In this document: in pieces, positions 41,303 to 55,045 of the stretch
Layout of the letters: the number at the start of each line of letters is the position of its first letter
Position numbering within the stretch: the stretch's first letter is position 1
NCBI GenBank assembly: GCA_951406725.2
Contig: OX597827.1
Span: forward strand, 48,608,001-48,672,000
DNA from: Octopus vulgaris
Lineage: Eukaryota
DNA: 64,000 nt
Direction of reading: 5' to 3'
Program-made: the position numbers and the translations under genes
The notes under the pieces: generated by a model
What the model was told of the DNA's origin: nothing
The model's database searches: none
The model's input: the letters and a program-made list of their open reading frames with translations, nothing else

Positions 41303-42214
41303 AAATAAATAAAATATATGCATACATACATATATGTACGTACCTACATCTATATGTATATATACATATAGATGTAGGTACGTACATATATGTATGTATG
41401 CATATATTTTATTTATTAAATTATTATATGACTGAGCGCCCTCGCGTCGTCTCATTTCTTTTCTCCAAGTAAGTTTATATATATATATATATATATATGC
41501 GCATACCTATTTATATTTGTATAAACTCAATAGCTTTCTCAGTCACTTCTGCCCGTTTTCTACTATTTCATACCTTCGCAATCATCATATATCTATCCCC
41601 CACCGACCGCAATGCGGTACAACTTTGTATCAATGACAAATCACAGTCTCAGTAGAATAGTTTGATCTACAGAGAGAATTTTGAATTGGTTATGGCAGGT
41701 GGACAAATTCAGTTAAAGTTACTAATATTCGCGTCGGTACCTCTGTAGTATAAGTAATGACATATGCGTTTGGGGAACCATATGCAAAAAGTTGTTGTCA
41801 CAAGTCACAATGGAATAAATGTTTTACAATAAACCAAATCCAAAAGCATTTTTAAAAACCAATGATCGATCAGAAAAGTTTCCTTCTAACGACACCAATT
41901 ATCAGCCCAATCATTTAAGTTTACGCCTCCGTAAGTTAGCGTTTCGTTAAAAGATTTCCAGAAATAATTACTTGACAAAGACTCGAATAATGGGTTTGTT
42001 TGTTTGACTAAATCATTGAAGGCGGTATTCCAGTATGGCCACAGTCAAATGGCTGAAATAATTAAAATAATATGTTTTATTTGATTTGCTTCCTAGTTTT
42101 CAATCTGAGAAGTGTGGGCTTCACCCATAAATAACCCTTGCAGTCTGCCCTAACATGTGACGATGATACATATGAGATTTAATTTAATTTTTGATCTACT
42201 ATAGAAATTATAAG

Positions 42215-42516
42215 TGGAGGCACATGGCCTAGTGGTTAGAGCAGCAGATTCGCGGTCGAGAGATCGCAGGTTCGAAACCCAAACCGGGTAATGTGTGTGT
42301 CTATGAGCGAAATACCTAAGTTCGACGCGGCTCAGGCAGAAGGTAATGGCGAACTTCTACTGACTCTTATGCCAAAACTTTCTCTCACTCTTTCCTCCTG
42401 CATCTTGCAGCTCCCCTGCAATGGACCGGCGTTCCGTCCAGGAGGGGAACCTATACGCCAAGGAAACTGGGAAACAGGCCCTTATGAGCCAGGCATGGCT
42501 CGAGAAGGAACAAACG
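42215..42516 (+). mobile_element. SINE family C (tRNA head, V/Meta-domain-like centre) with 13-bp target-site duplication
   Basis: A box TGGCCTAGTGG, B box GGTTCGAAACC, centre CCTGCAATGGACCGGCGTTCCGTCCAGG. ATAGAAATTATAA at 42201-42213 and 42517-42529. Confidence 0.85.
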
Positions 42517-42604
42517 ATAGAAATTATAAATCAAATTATTTTATTGAGTAGAGTAAATATTAACAAATATATTTAACATAAAAACCCCAAGATTATAAAA
42601 AGTA

Positions 42605-43010
42605 GGCGTAGGAGTGGCTGTGTGGTAAGTAGCTTGCTTAGCGACCACATGGTTCTGGGTCCAGACCCACTGCGTGGAACCTTGGGCAAGTGTCTTCTAC
42701 TATGGCCTCGAGCCGACCAAAACCTTGTGAGTGGATTTCTTAGACGGAAACCGAAAGAATCCCGTCGTGTATATGTATATGTATATGTTTGTGTGTGTTT
42801 GTGTGTCTGTGTTTGACCCCCCCCACCAACGTCGCTTGTCAACCGATGCTGGTGTGTTTACGTCCCCGTAACTTAGCGGTTCGGCAAAAGAGACCGATAG
42901 AATAAGTACTAGGCTTACAAAGAGTTAGTCCTGGGGTCGATTTGCTCGACTAAAGGCGGTGCTCCAGCATGGCCACAGTCAAATGACTGAAACAAGTAAA
43001 AGAGTAAAAG
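42605..43010 (+). mobile_element. SINE family A, full length
   Basis: GGCGTAGGAGTGGCTGTGTGGTAAG...ACTGAAACAAGTAAAAGAGTAAAAGAG. Confidence 0.93.
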
Positions 43011-43521
43011 AGAAGGGATGAGAGAAATGTCCAAGATGGGTTCAGCAGAAGTTCTTTTTGACTTTAAGCGATACACGGTAGCAACTTATTTTCTTTCAAA
43101 CAGTTGTCTAATTCGATTTTCTTTAGAAGTGTAAATTTAATTTAGACATTTTAGTTATTTTTATGTTGAAATAAAACTTTTTCTTAGACTTTAAAATGTC
43201 ACATGCTATTTACTAAAAGTTTGATTTATTCCAACAGAAAACAATCAAGATAAGCCACTGGAAAACACATAATTGAATTTCTTAATGATGTTGATACCAA
43301 GAAGAGATATGAGATTTTAACCGCTTTGTTTTACAACATGATATATTGATTATGAAAAGGAGACATGGTTAATGATGATAGAAAAGAGACACGGTTAATG
43401 ATGACAGCGAATTATATGACACTCCTTGTGATGGATAAGGCATGAATTTTTACTGCTCAAATAAACCACTGAATTCTCGAGGCTAGCATTTCTGTAGGTG
43501 TTTCTTCACGGAAGTGTCTGT

Positions 43522-43774
43522 CTGCATGCGTTCCTTATTGCATATATGCAGTTTTCTTGTCGTGCTTCCTATGTATGGTGTGCTACATTTGCCACAGATG
43601 ATCTCATATACAACATAGGTCCTCTGGCACAATTTAGGGCCATTGATGGGGCAGTTCGACAGCGTGTGCCACGAGACCTATGTTGTATTTGGGATCATCT
43701 GTGGCAAATGTGGCGCATCCTACATAGGAAGCACGACAAGAAAACTACATATACGTATTAAGGAACACATGCAG
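43522..43774. mobile_element. Fold-back of a PLE GIY-YIG endonuclease fragment
   Basis: Arms 43522-43631 and 43665-43774 are inverted. Right arm reads TYVVFGIICGKCGASYIGSTTRKLHIRIKEH; left arm (minus) reads TYVVYEIICGKCSTPYIGSTTRKLHICNKER. Confidence 0.85.
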
Positions 43775-44049
43775 AGTATTTTGGCTGTGTAGGTGATGTT
43801 TTAGAAGGAAAAAGGGAAAAATCGCAATTTATTGTGTTGTAAAAAAGATTCAAGGGAACTGCCCGGTCTCGAGGTCGAATGGCGTTCATTTCATTTTTCA
43901 CTTCCATCTTTTTCATTCGTTTTCTTTTTCTCCACTTTCTCCTTGTTTGTCCCCTCTATGTTAGGCTCTATGTGGCCAAATAAAGAAGTACATTCGGTGA
44001 GGTACGCAGTGCGGTCCAGTCACGTAGACGACGAAGATACGTCATAATA

Positions 44050-46331
44050 ATGCTGGACATATCAGAATAGTAGCTTTATCCAACTAAAGTGTCTAAATTA
44101 ATATCTCACAAGAGAAGTGTTTGGTGTCACTCAAAGAAACGAAAAAATCTGGACGAAGAATCTCGTGCAATTTCAAGACTCACATAGGAAAAGAAGACAT
44201 GTTCCTCTGGAATAGCATTCTTTGGAAAACAACTGCAGGATACCAATAAAACTTCAAATTGTTGGTCGCTACCTGTTCCTTAGAAGTACCATCAAAGGAA
44301 GAAAGGAAAGAACAAAGTAAATTTCGAAAGAGGTAACTGTTTTATGGCAAAAGAAATCAATTCAAATTGTACAAGTAAAAGTAGAAAAAATGCTGAATAC
44401 CTACGATAAATGTGTAAAACGAGGAAAATATGATTCATTGAAAGGAATGTTTGACATCACAAAGGAAAACGGTGAATGGCTGTGCAGTGAGGAAAGAAGG
44501 TTATATTATCTTCAAATTGAACGCTAGGGACAGACTGGATATGCTACTGGAAAAGTAGCCAGTTCCAAAACTATCCATCCAAAAGAATAAAAGTGTCCTT
44601 AATGTCAACTTCAACCAGAGGAGCTCCAGTGTCATCGTCAACGCCTGAAGAAGAGACTGAAAGTGAACATCAAGAGTCCGAAAAATCAGATGAAGAATCC
44701 ATACAAACAAGGAGGAAGTATAGCAAAACTTGAACTGCAACAAAGTTAGTACTATCTTCCAAGCTATTAACCCAAAAACCAGCAACAGTTTGTCGATAAT
44801 TATTTCATGATGGAATCAAATTCGAGACTCCTTCTCAATCTGGTATTTACAGATCGACTATCAAAGAAGCTGTTAAAACTAAAAAAGAAAATGAACACTA
44901 AATTTAGAAAACTGGTCATTGCAATGACCAAGAATAGCAAGCGCTAGTTTTAAAGAATGAATAGAGAAAAGTTAAATTAGAAGCACTCCAATTACCAAAG
45001 GGAAAAGCCGATACTGTTGTGAAAAGAATAACAGCTGTTTTAGATGAATACAATTTATGGAACTGTGTAAAGATAATTGTTATTGTTACAATGAGTGTGA
45101 ACACTGGGAAAAGAAATGGCATTGCCATTCAGCTGCAAAGACTGTTTGCTCAAAAGGTTTGAAAGAATCCTAATTTATTGGTTATCAGCATCATATTTTT
45201 GATAGAACTTGGAGAAAAAAGTCATCTCCCAATATTGAAAATACATTTATCCCAGAGCAAGAAAAGATTACTGAATCAGCAGGATGGGGAGATATGAAAT
45301 TTCTATTTCATTTGAGAAGAATTTTTAGAAGAAACCGGCAAATTTTCTACTGTAAAGTTTCAAAAAACATCCAAGTTAAGTAGTGCAAGATGGAATTCTC
45401 GAGCAATACTAGCTATTTTGGCATTTATTCTTCTACAAGGGAAAAGAGTTTTACTTCTCAATGTTTATCGATTCATCTCTTACAAATGGGGAGATATTTG
45501 GTATACTTGCAAAATGCTCACTTCAGAAGTTATATAGTAGCCTGCAATTGCATAAAAAGCATTGAACTCTGTAAACAAATTTTTGGAGTCGAGCACCATC
45601 AAAACTGGAAATTCCCAGAACAAATCAGAATGCAGAATGGGCTATCAAGTGCCTTCAAGATCTTTATGATATTTGAAGGCACTTCAAATAAAGAAGGAGA
45701 AAATTCACCATTGATTTATTTTATCTAACAAAACATATCAATTCTTTGTTATGCTTAAAAGTTTGCTAATATTCAGTACCCTATTTCTAATACAATTAGA
45801 TAAAATTGGAATTAAACCTATAGAGTTAAAAATATGTATTGTTTTTAATTTTGTATCTCATCGAATGTTTGTAGTGGCCGCTGTCTTAAAATAGCCTAGT
45901 TTTGAACATTTGCGTAGAGCAATTTCAATTCAGTAAACTTAAAAATGTAGAAACACACTTTTATTCCTCGTACCTCTTGCGTTTACAAGGATTTAGGCAA
46001 CGGAAATACTGAAATGTGAATCTATTGGCCCCTAGTGATTATTGTTTTAAAAGCTATAACTACAAAACTACTCCAAATTGAAAGCTAAAACTTCAGATAT
46101 ACAATTTTGTATTACATTGAGTCAGTACAGCAAGTTTGGTAAAAACATGAGCAGGCATTATGAACCTCATTAGAATTTTGCATAATTTGAATCAAAAGTG
46201 GTGATCGATTTCTTAAGTTGGGGGCGATGTTTTTGTCATATAAAGCAGAATAAATATTAGATTTCTGATTCTTACGACTTTATTCATAGAATTACAGTAT
46301 AGAGCTATTAGGTTGAGAAAAGGTCATCACC

Positions 46332-46334
<3 letters not shown>
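44050..46334 (+). pseudogene. Decayed hAT-superfamily (hATm-like) DNA transposon with transposase pseudogene
   Basis: VLDEYNLWNCVKIIVIVTMSVNTGKRNG (DT..NTG...G), FIGYQHHIFDR (C.HH), LSSARWNSRAILAILAFIL; many stops. Right end CACCCTA at 46328-46334 (reverse complement TAGGGTG, hATm-type terminus). Left end not defined. Confidence 0.7.
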
Positions 46335-46398
<64 letters not shown>

Positions 46399-46500
46399 GT
46401 ATGTATATATATATATGTATGTTTATATATATATATGCCTACATATACATATAAATATATGTATGTGTGTACATGTATGTATATGAATATATAAATTTAA

Positions 46501-46545
<45 letters not shown>

Positions 46546-47155
46546 CAAACACACAGACGCATAGACACACATATATTCACATATACATACATACATGCAT
46601 ACATAAATCTATATATGTAATTATATGTGCTTGTGCGTGTTTATGCATGTATGAACGTACGTATATACAGCACTACGGATATTTCTGTAATATTCCTATA
46701 AAATACTTCTAAAAAAAAAAAATTATCGTTCAACCAGATACCAATTCGAGGACACGTTCCCAGGCAGCTAAAGTGTGAGTCCAAAGGTGTATTTAAACAT
46801 TGGCTAAACACATACAGAATTCTACACATTTCAAGATAGATATCATGAGAAAATGTTGGCACAAAAATCTAGGCCATCAAAATGAAAATAAACGAGAAAA
46901 AATTCTATACTAAATATTAACAAATAAAATAGAAAATGTTCCGAAATAGGTTATACTGAAATAGAGGAAATTTCATCGGAAATTGGTTGGGAACATTGGA
47001 AATCGCTGATATGATATTTATAAAATTGATATTTTATTATGTTACAGAAATAGATTTAATATTAAAAGGCTATATGATATTGGGGTATTTCGATCGCAGA
47101 AAATGGCGCACGCATTACGCATTGAGATTAGGTTATGATAAAGACATTGCAATGT

Positions 47156-47256
<101 letters not shown>

Positions 47257-47821
47257 ATATTTCGGAATGGTCATATTGCCAGTTTAGCCAATAAAAACAC
47301 ACGCACTATATATTTGGTGTTATTTTGCTTCAGTGATATTTATTTTTTACATTAATCTTAATCTTATTTCGGCCAAAGTTCTTTCGTCACACTCCTGTGA
47401 CCGCATCAGTGGTCCTTTGTTTTCTTCTCACTTACTTGTGTCTCTCCTTACTAACCATCAGCCATTTTGTATTTCTATTGTATGTCTTCATTTGCGCATG
47501 CTTATATCTCTATGTGCGTCTATGTTTATTTAGTGTGTGTGTGGGGGGATGCCTGTAATATTTGTATCTTCTGGTTATATACATTTTTGTAATTTGTATT
47601 TTGTTTTTGTTGTTGTTGCTTTTGTTCTAATTTTGTTCATGTGTTTACATCCACCCATTATTATCATTACATATGCTTGTATGTATGTATAACAACAATA
47701 TTAGTAATAATAATAATAAATCTAATCGAAAAAAAAAAAAAAAAAGAATATACATATACATATATATATATACATACATATATATATACATATATATATA
47801 TACATATATACACACATATAT

Positions 47822-49072
47822 ACCATCGGTGTTAGTATCGCTGGTGATGTGGCCAACCTCTTCATGGTATGGTGGGACAGAAGGCTTAAGGAATGCCTAC
47901 TGCAGAAATCCATACTCGTAAACATGTACTCTCGCTATGTTGATGATATCAATATAGTAGTAAAGGCACCCCCACAAGAGAGTACTGTTGATATAGTAAT
48001 AGAAACTAATACTATGGAGAGCATCCAGCAAATAGCTAACTCCATCCACCAGAGTATTAAGGTCACAATAGACTACCCCACTAAACACCCCAACCATAGA
48101 CTACCAGTACTAGACACTGAACTCTGGCTAGAAATTGTGAAAAATAAAACCCAAATCCTTCATTCATACTATGCAAAACCTATGGCCTCAAAATACCTGA
48201 TCCACCGGAACTCAGCCATTGCGGGCAATGCCAAATTCAATATTTTGATGGCAGACCTCGTCAGAATAATGAGAAATGTGTCACGCATGTGCGAGCCTAC
48301 AGAATTAAAGAGACACATACAGTATTTCATTCACCGCATGCAGTTCTCAGGTTACAGCCATAAAGAAAGGATCAGAGTATACAAAGGAGCCATGAAGAAA
48401 TTTGATAATATATTATGTAATGATAGGAATGGGATTTGCCCACTCTATAGGAACAAGTCATGGAACACTATAGAAAGGACAAAAAAGAAAATAGGGAAGG
48501 CCAACTCTTGGTATGATAGCCATAAATACCAGAGTGTCATGTTCGTTGACACCACCCCTGGAGGTGAACTAGCGTACCGCTTTAGAAGGACCCTAGATAA
48601 ACTTAAACTAAGAATTAAGGTTGTTGAAAAGCCAGGCAACCCTATCAGATCTATAATTGGTAGAAGCTATCCTTTTAGTAGAACTCTCTGTACGGATAAC
48701 TATTGCACTGTATGTAGATTTAGCCCACAAACGAACTGTAAAGCCAGAAATGTGGTCTATAGTATAAGATGTATAGAGGGACGATGCAGTAACAAGACAG
48801 TAACATACGTAGGGGAAACTGCAAGAAGCATTGGTGAGCGGGTGAATGAACATTGGAGACAACTCAAGGAAGGTAAAAGCTCATCGATTCTGTACCAACA
48901 CGCCGAACAAGAACACGGGGGATCAATCAATAACATAGAGATTAAGATATTGTCCACACATAGAACAGATGCAACAATTAGACAAATTACAGAAGCTACA
49001 CATATAATAGAAAATAAACCTAGCCTGAATAGAAAACTAGAATGGAGCAATAGCGCACACCACAACATATGA
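47822..49072 (+). CDS. PLE polyprotein, C-terminal half: RT motifs 4-7, thumb, Cys-rich linker, GIY-YIG endonuclease (5'-truncated, no true start)
   Basis: [48 protein letters not shown]...[48 protein letters not shown]; open frame without stops. Confidence 0.92.
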   Translation, partial: TIGVSIAGDVANLFMVWWDRRLKECLLQKSILVNMYSRYVDDINIVVKAPPQESTVDIVIETNTMESIQQIANSIHQSIKVTIDYPTKHPNHRLPVLDTELWLEIVKNKTQILHSYYAKPMASKYLIHRNSAIAGNAKFNILMADLVRIMRNVSRMCEPTELKRHIQYFIHRMQFSGYSHKERIRVYKGAMKKFDNILCNDRNGICPLYRNKSWNTIERTKKKIGKANSWYDSHKYQSVMFVDTTPGGELAYRFRRTLDKLKLRIKVVEKPGNPIRSIIGRSYPFSRTLCTDNYCTVCRFSPQTNCKARNVVYSIRCIEGRCSNKTVTYVGETARSIGERVNEHWRQLKEGKSSSILYQHAEQEHGGSINNIEIKILSTHRTDATIRQITEATHIIENKPSLNRKLEWSNSAHHNI

Positions 49073-49596
49073 CAATAGTGGATCCTGCAAACATAATAAA
49101 TACACAGGTAATTAAAGAAATAGAAATGAATATCTATATATATGTATATGTGTATATATATGTATATATATGTATATGTATATGTGTATATATGTGTGTA
49201 TATATGTATATATATATATATGTATATGTATATGTATGTATATATATATATGTATATGTATATTCTTTTTTTTTTTTTTTTTCGATTAGATTTATTATTA
49301 TTATTACTAATATTGTTGTTATACATACATACAAGCATATGTAATGATAATAATGGGTGGATGTAAACACATGAACAAAATTAGAACAAAAGCAACAACA
49401 ACAAAAACAAAATACAAATTACAAAAATGTATATAACCAGAAGATACAAATATTACAGGCATCCCCCCCACACACACACTAAATAAACATAGACGCACAT
49501 AGAGATATAAGCATGCACAAATGAAGACATACGATAGAAATACAAAATGGCTGATGGTTAGTAAGGAGAGACACAAGTAAGTGAGAAGAAAACAAA

Positions 49597-49641
49597 GGAC
49601 CACTGATGCGGTCACAGGAGTGTGACGAAAGAACTTTGGCC
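49597..49641 (+). ncRNA. Non-canonical hammerhead-like motif in PLE pseudo-LTR (mirror copy ~47371-47415 on minus strand)
   Basis: GGACCA-CTGATGC-G-GTCAC(aggagt)GTGAC-GAAA-GAAC-TT-TGGCC; A9 replaced by C and an extra G before stem II. Confidence 0.6.
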
Positions 49642-49816
49642 GAAATAAGATTAAGATTAATGTAAAAAATAAATATCACTGAAGCAAAATAACACCAAAT
49701 ATATAGTGCGTGTGTTTTTATTGGCTAAACTGGCAATATGACCATTCCGAAATATAACAATATCTGTTTCAACACACGACTTCACATAAAAAATCTTGCA
49801 CAACAAATATCTAAAC

Positions 49817-49854
<38 letters not shown>

Positions 49855-50230
49855 TACTCTTCCGTTAAGATCGGCAAAATGTATTGTCTAGTGGGAGGTA
49901 AATATCACTTAATGTAACTACTAAATTTATAAAGATCATGCTACGAATAGTTTCTTGCTGTGGTGACACGGGTCTAGGCATGTTTTTATAACACACAATA
50001 TATCTCAAAGCAATATACACCCTTTGAGCGTATGGTCTATAGTATTTGAAAATCAGGACGCTGATATATGAGAAATCACGAGGAAAAGCGAGGAGGGTAA
50101 TGCAAAAAGTAGAACGGGGAATAAAAACAGAAAAAGAAAGAAAATCAGTCTAACATGAACATTGGTCATAAAAGCCATAATTAAATTAGGTGTTATAGAA
50201 GAATTCAACGTAGAAGGATCTACAATCTGT

Positions 50231-50267
<37 letters not shown>

Positions 50268-50355
50268 GCACCTTGGGAAGTGACTCCTACTATAGCGTCG
50301 AGTCGATCAGAGCCATGTGAGTGCATTTGGTTGACAGAAACTTAAAGAATCCCGT

Positions 50356-50405
<50 letters not shown>

Positions 50406-50407
<2 letters not shown>

Positions 50408-50816
50408 CGCAGGAGTGGCTGTGTGATAAGTAGCTTGCTAACCAACCACATGGTTACGGGTTCAGTCCCACTGCGTGGCATCTTGGGCAAGTGTCTTCTG
50501 CTATAGCCCCGGGCCGACCAATGCCTTCTGAGTGGATTTGGTAGACGGAAACTGAAAGAAGCCTGTCGTATATATGTATATATATATATATAAGTGTGTG
50601 TATATGTTTGTGTGTCTGTGTTTGTCCCCCTAGCATTGATTGACAACCGATCCTGGTGTGTTTACGTCCCCGTTACTTAGCGGTTCGGCAAAAGAGACCG
50701 ATAGAATAAGTACTGGGCTTACAAAGAATAAGTCCCGGGGTCGATTTGCTCGACTAAAGGCGGTGCTCCAGCATGGCCGCAGTCAAATGACTGAAACAAG
50801 TAAAAGAGTAAAAGAG
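50406..50816 (+). mobile_element. SINE family A, full length (partial older copy at 50268-50357)
   Basis: GGCGCAGGAGTGGCTGTGTGATAAG...GAAACAAGTAAAAGAGTAAAAGAG. Confidence 0.93.
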
Positions 50817-50837
50817 TATATATATATATATATATAT

Positions 50838-51117
<280 letters not shown>

Positions 51118-51129
51118 CATACATGCATG

Positions 51130-51830
51130 CAACTTTGTTGCACAAAATCCTGCACCACACATTGATCCTTGGGTTGTAACGTAGGGATTTTTGATCCCAA
51201 ATTGCATCAACCGTAATGGATATGCAATTGGGGAAGTCGTCTTCTTCGATTTTGCCAGGACTCTAACAGTAAATTCTTTTCGTTGCGGTTTGTCATTTAT
51301 CTTATATGCCTTCAATAATTGAATTTTATTTGGATAAATCTTCAGGTGCTTATGGAGAACTTTATCAGTTGTTGATCTCGGTAGTTACAGTTTGAACGGA
51401 AGCAGTACGTATGGACTTAGATGGGAAACGATGAAATGACTGACGGATACGCTCAATATCTCCTTTACATGTTCTTAGCCTTCCAGATCTTAGTTTATGT
51501 AGTATCATCCCTGTTTCCATAAATTGTTTCAACCAGTTCCAAATCAACTGACGCAACGGAGCTTGACGTAGCGGAGCTTATTTATCAACCTATGGATAAA
51601 GTAAGGCAGCGATTGTGTTTTTTCTGTGGAGTAGTCATTGTCAGATACAAAAAACAACATTAATTGATGCCTGAAACATTAAAAGATAACATTAATATAA
51701 CTATTAACATCATTAAAAGAACTTTAATGGTAACCAATTGAGATTCAACATAAATTTGTTTGCCACCAACACTTCTGACTTTTTTGTAATGAGTTTTTGA
51801 AACTGACTAAAGACCTTATGGACACATTGT
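51130..51830 (-). pseudogene. Tc1/mariner transposon 5' fragment with decayed transposase
   Basis: WLKQFMETGMILHKLRSGRLRT...IRQSFHRFPSKSIRTAS (HTH/GRP-like), LKAYK..DKPQRKEF...GIKNP; TIR-like CAATGTGTCCATAAGG on the minus strand near 51830. Confidence 0.75.
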
Positions 51831-52318
51831 TTGTTTGTGTGTGTGTGCGTGTGCATATGTGTGTGTGTGTGTGTGTGCGTGCGTGTGTGTATGTATGTGT
51901 GTATGTGTGTGTTTGTGCGTGAGTCTGTGGAGAGTAGAGCAACTGCCACGAAGGGGGTGCAATATTTAATAAATTTTTCTTAAGTTCATTTGTTTTATTT
52001 TTCACAGATAATAAATAGAATTTGGAGATGAACGACGAAGAATTTCACGATCAAACAGTGAACATAAATTGTGAAATTATATCAGGATGAAAATTTTAAC
52101 TCATCGAGTATATGTCGCCATTACAGCATGAAGGATTTGTGGTTCGAAAAATCCTACGGCAATTCACCAAAGAAAATGGCATACACCTAAGGGTACGGCC
52201 TGGTGAAAGCTGACATCTGAGGATGTTACCGAAGAAGTCACATACGACGATAGCTGCCATATCATTGTTACAATAGATGGATATCAGTAACAAATTCACA
52301 GACATATATACATATATG

Positions 52319-52564
52319 TAGAAGTGGCCGTGTGGTAAATAGCTTGTTTACCAACCACATGGTTCCGAGTTCAGTCCCACTGCGTGGCACCTTGGACAAG
52401 TGTCTTTTACCATAGCCTCGGACCGACCAAAGCCTTGTGAATAGATTTGGTAGACGGAAACTGAAAGAAGCGCGTCGTATATATGTATATGTATGTATGT
52501 ATGTATGTTTGTGTGCTTGTGTTTGTCCCCCCAACATCGCTTGACAACCGATGCTGGTGTGTTT
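52319..52564 (+). mobile_element. SINE family A, 3'-truncated where the adjacent 500-bp-family element begins
   Basis: Homology stops at ...GATGCTGGTGTGTTTA. Confidence 0.88.
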
Positions 52565-53105
52565 AAAAAATACATTTAAAGGTTAAATTTATAAACAACT
52601 TATGAACAAAAGAAAGTTGTTATAAATTTAACCTTTAAAGGTATTTTTTAATATGCTGGCCATTGATAAAATTTTTTCGAAACTGTTTTCCTATATTAGA
52701 TGTAAATTTAATGCTATTCACTTCCGGACTCTCTCAATATTTGAGAATTTTCAGTCCGATCACACGTGTCTCGAGGTATGCTGTAGAATTTCTACTTTGG
52801 ATATATTTGGGATACTTGAGTGTATTCATGACTTAGTGTTTGCTTCTTCCATGGGTGAAAGTTAGTATCTGATTTATTTTCTTATCGCATTTACCGCTGA
52901 TGACGAGAAAATTCTAAATGAATTAACTCAGAAATCGGGGCCGATTCGATAATAAGGAATTTTTTTTTTTGAAATTTCTGTCGGCTTAGATTCGAGACGC
53001 GTGCTTGTAATGATAAATTATATGGTTATTGACGACTAAGTCTATTTTCGGTATATTTGAACATTGGAATTTTTTTTCTTTTGCCCTTGTTTATAAGTTG
53101 TTGAT
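52563..53105 (+). mobile_element. Diverged, permuted copy of the 500-bp hammerhead-bearing unit with a short terminal inversion
   Basis: TTCACTTCCGGACTCT, CACGTGTCTCGA and TTCTTCCATGGGT shared with 2591-2990; CTGATGA...GAAA at ~52897-52934; 52563-52601 inverted to 52614-52651. Confidence 0.8.
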
Positions 53106-54021
53106 ATACATATATATATATATATATATATGTAACGATTCCGGATGAGTGTTTCTTCCTGCATGAATTCATTGTGGGACGCGATTTAAATCAATTTCAC
53201 GTGCTGAATGATTTCTGTCAAAAAAGACGTTGCATAACAGTATATAAGATCTGAACGTGGATGTTCTAACTGCTTTGCAATTTAGCAATTTTTGTTGTGT
53301 TATACGCTGTTATAAATGATTAAATAATGTTTGCCTAATTGCCGAACAACTTTTTTTTCTCTCTGGATTTTCTTTTCGCGTGAATCTGTAAAATAGCCGA
53401 AACGCATTTTGTTGAGTAGATAAAAAAAATTGTAATAACAGACACACGATCAAGAAAACACGGAACATTGGTTATAGAAAGAATTATTATTCGTTTCATT
53501 TCAGTGGTGACGAGCGAAAAGCGAAGTGTTACACATCATTGCCATATTCTCCGTTCTTCCGATGCATTTTCGGGTATAGAACAACAAAGCACTATTCGCA
53601 TCAATATTCACATCAGTGTATAAACGACTCTATATGCATGAAGTTAAATAATGCCTGTTATTGTTTTTGTTCATTTTTACTTATGTAATATTTGTGTCTT
53701 ATTTTCTTGCTGTTTTATTCCCCCTACACAAAATGTTGCACTTTTAAATCACCTGCGAATTAAACCAGTTAACTACTGGAGAAAACAAAATATCGTGCGT
53801 GGTACTGTTGGTAATGTCATGATTCAAGGAAACCGGTAAACGTTTTCAGCCTGGGTAGCTTTAGTTAATATTTGCATAGATTGTTTAATACATTAATCAA
53901 ACCTAATTTATCTTTATAAATATCACTTGCGTGGAATGATACTCATGAATGAAAAAAGAATAAAACACTATCAAGAATGGAGTTGGTTGTTTGTATACCT
54001 TGTTAGTATACGCGCAACGTA

Positions 54022-54430
54022 GGCGCAGGAGTGGCTGTGTGGTAAGTAGCTTGCTTAGCGACCACATGGTTCCGATTTCAGTTCCACTGCATGGCACCTT
54101 GTGCAAATGTCTTCTACTAGAGCCTTGGACCGACCAAAGCCTTGTGAGTGGATTTGGTAGACGGAAACAGAAAGAAACCCGTCGTATATATGTATATATA
54201 TATGTGCGTGTGCGTGTGTGTGTGAGTTTGTGTGTCTGTGTTTGTTCCCCCAACATCGCTCGACAACCGATGTTGGTGTGTTTGCGTCCCCGTTACTTAA
54301 GGATTCGGCATAAGAGTCTGATAGAATAAGTACTAGGCTTACAAAGAATAAGTCCTGGGGCTGATTTGCTCGACTAAAGGCAGTGCTCCAGCATGGCTGC
54401 AGTCAAATGACTGAACAAAGTATAAGAGTT
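54022..54430 (+). mobile_element. SINE family A, full length
   Basis: GGCGCAGGAGTGGCTGTGTGGTAAG...GCAGTCAAATGACTGAAC. Confidence 0.92.
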
Positions 54431-54854
54431 AAACATTATACGTGATAAGTTAGTACCTCCGCTACATTGAACATTCCTGGTAATCTGACATTTGTGGATT
54501 ATTTATGTGCTAGCGATATAGGTTCGAACGTGAGGGCTGTTTTTGTGTAACGCGGCTGGCGAGAGAGCTCAATAGAATCAGATTTTTAGTGATGATGTAG
54601 ATTAATATGTAAGAAAATATATTAGCTAAAGAGTATTTGGTGTGAGTTTAAGAAGTGTGAAAACGGTCAATTTAATGGAGTTTTTTTCCACTGCACACCT
54701 GATGAACTGCATGTAACGGTAGTACTTGATGCAGAGTTATTTATCATATATTTAACATTCAGCAATGAATGCATTAAATAGAATATGATACCTACTATAG
54801 GACAGAGCGACTAATGCAACGGAAATTATTCTGGAGTCGTGTCATGTAAGTCTA

Positions 54855-55045
54855 CACGGCATTCACCATGATAGATCGCTAGCCAATACACATTCTTTAT
54901 TTTCTCTCATTGTTTCTTTCTGTGTTCCTTTCTATGGAAGAGCGTAGGCTCGAAACGTTAAAGACATTTTCACTTCCCGAGCGTTATACTAATTCATCTG
55001 TTTGTTGTATACACCACCTCTCTTCGTCTTTTTTTTGCGAATCCT

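Noticed and set aside
43354-43406. Two ~26-bp tandem units; also considered the 19810 minisatellite as CRISPR-like
   Set aside because: Simple tandem duplications without unique spacers, in eukaryotic DNA with no cas genes.
49070-49072. TGA stop as possible selenocysteine (as reported for some Naiad PLEs)
   Set aside because: It falls after the complete EN domain, TAG follows two codons later, and the EN here is C-terminal, unlike Naiads.
51985-52260. Splice-acceptor-like TTTTTATTTTTCACAG followed by coding-looking sequence
   Set aside because: All three frames hit stops shortly downstream and no donor site or homology is evident.
54699-54745. CTGATGA plus CTGCAT/ATGCAG hairpin
   Set aside because: GAAA and the cleavage triplet are absent; at best a decayed relic.
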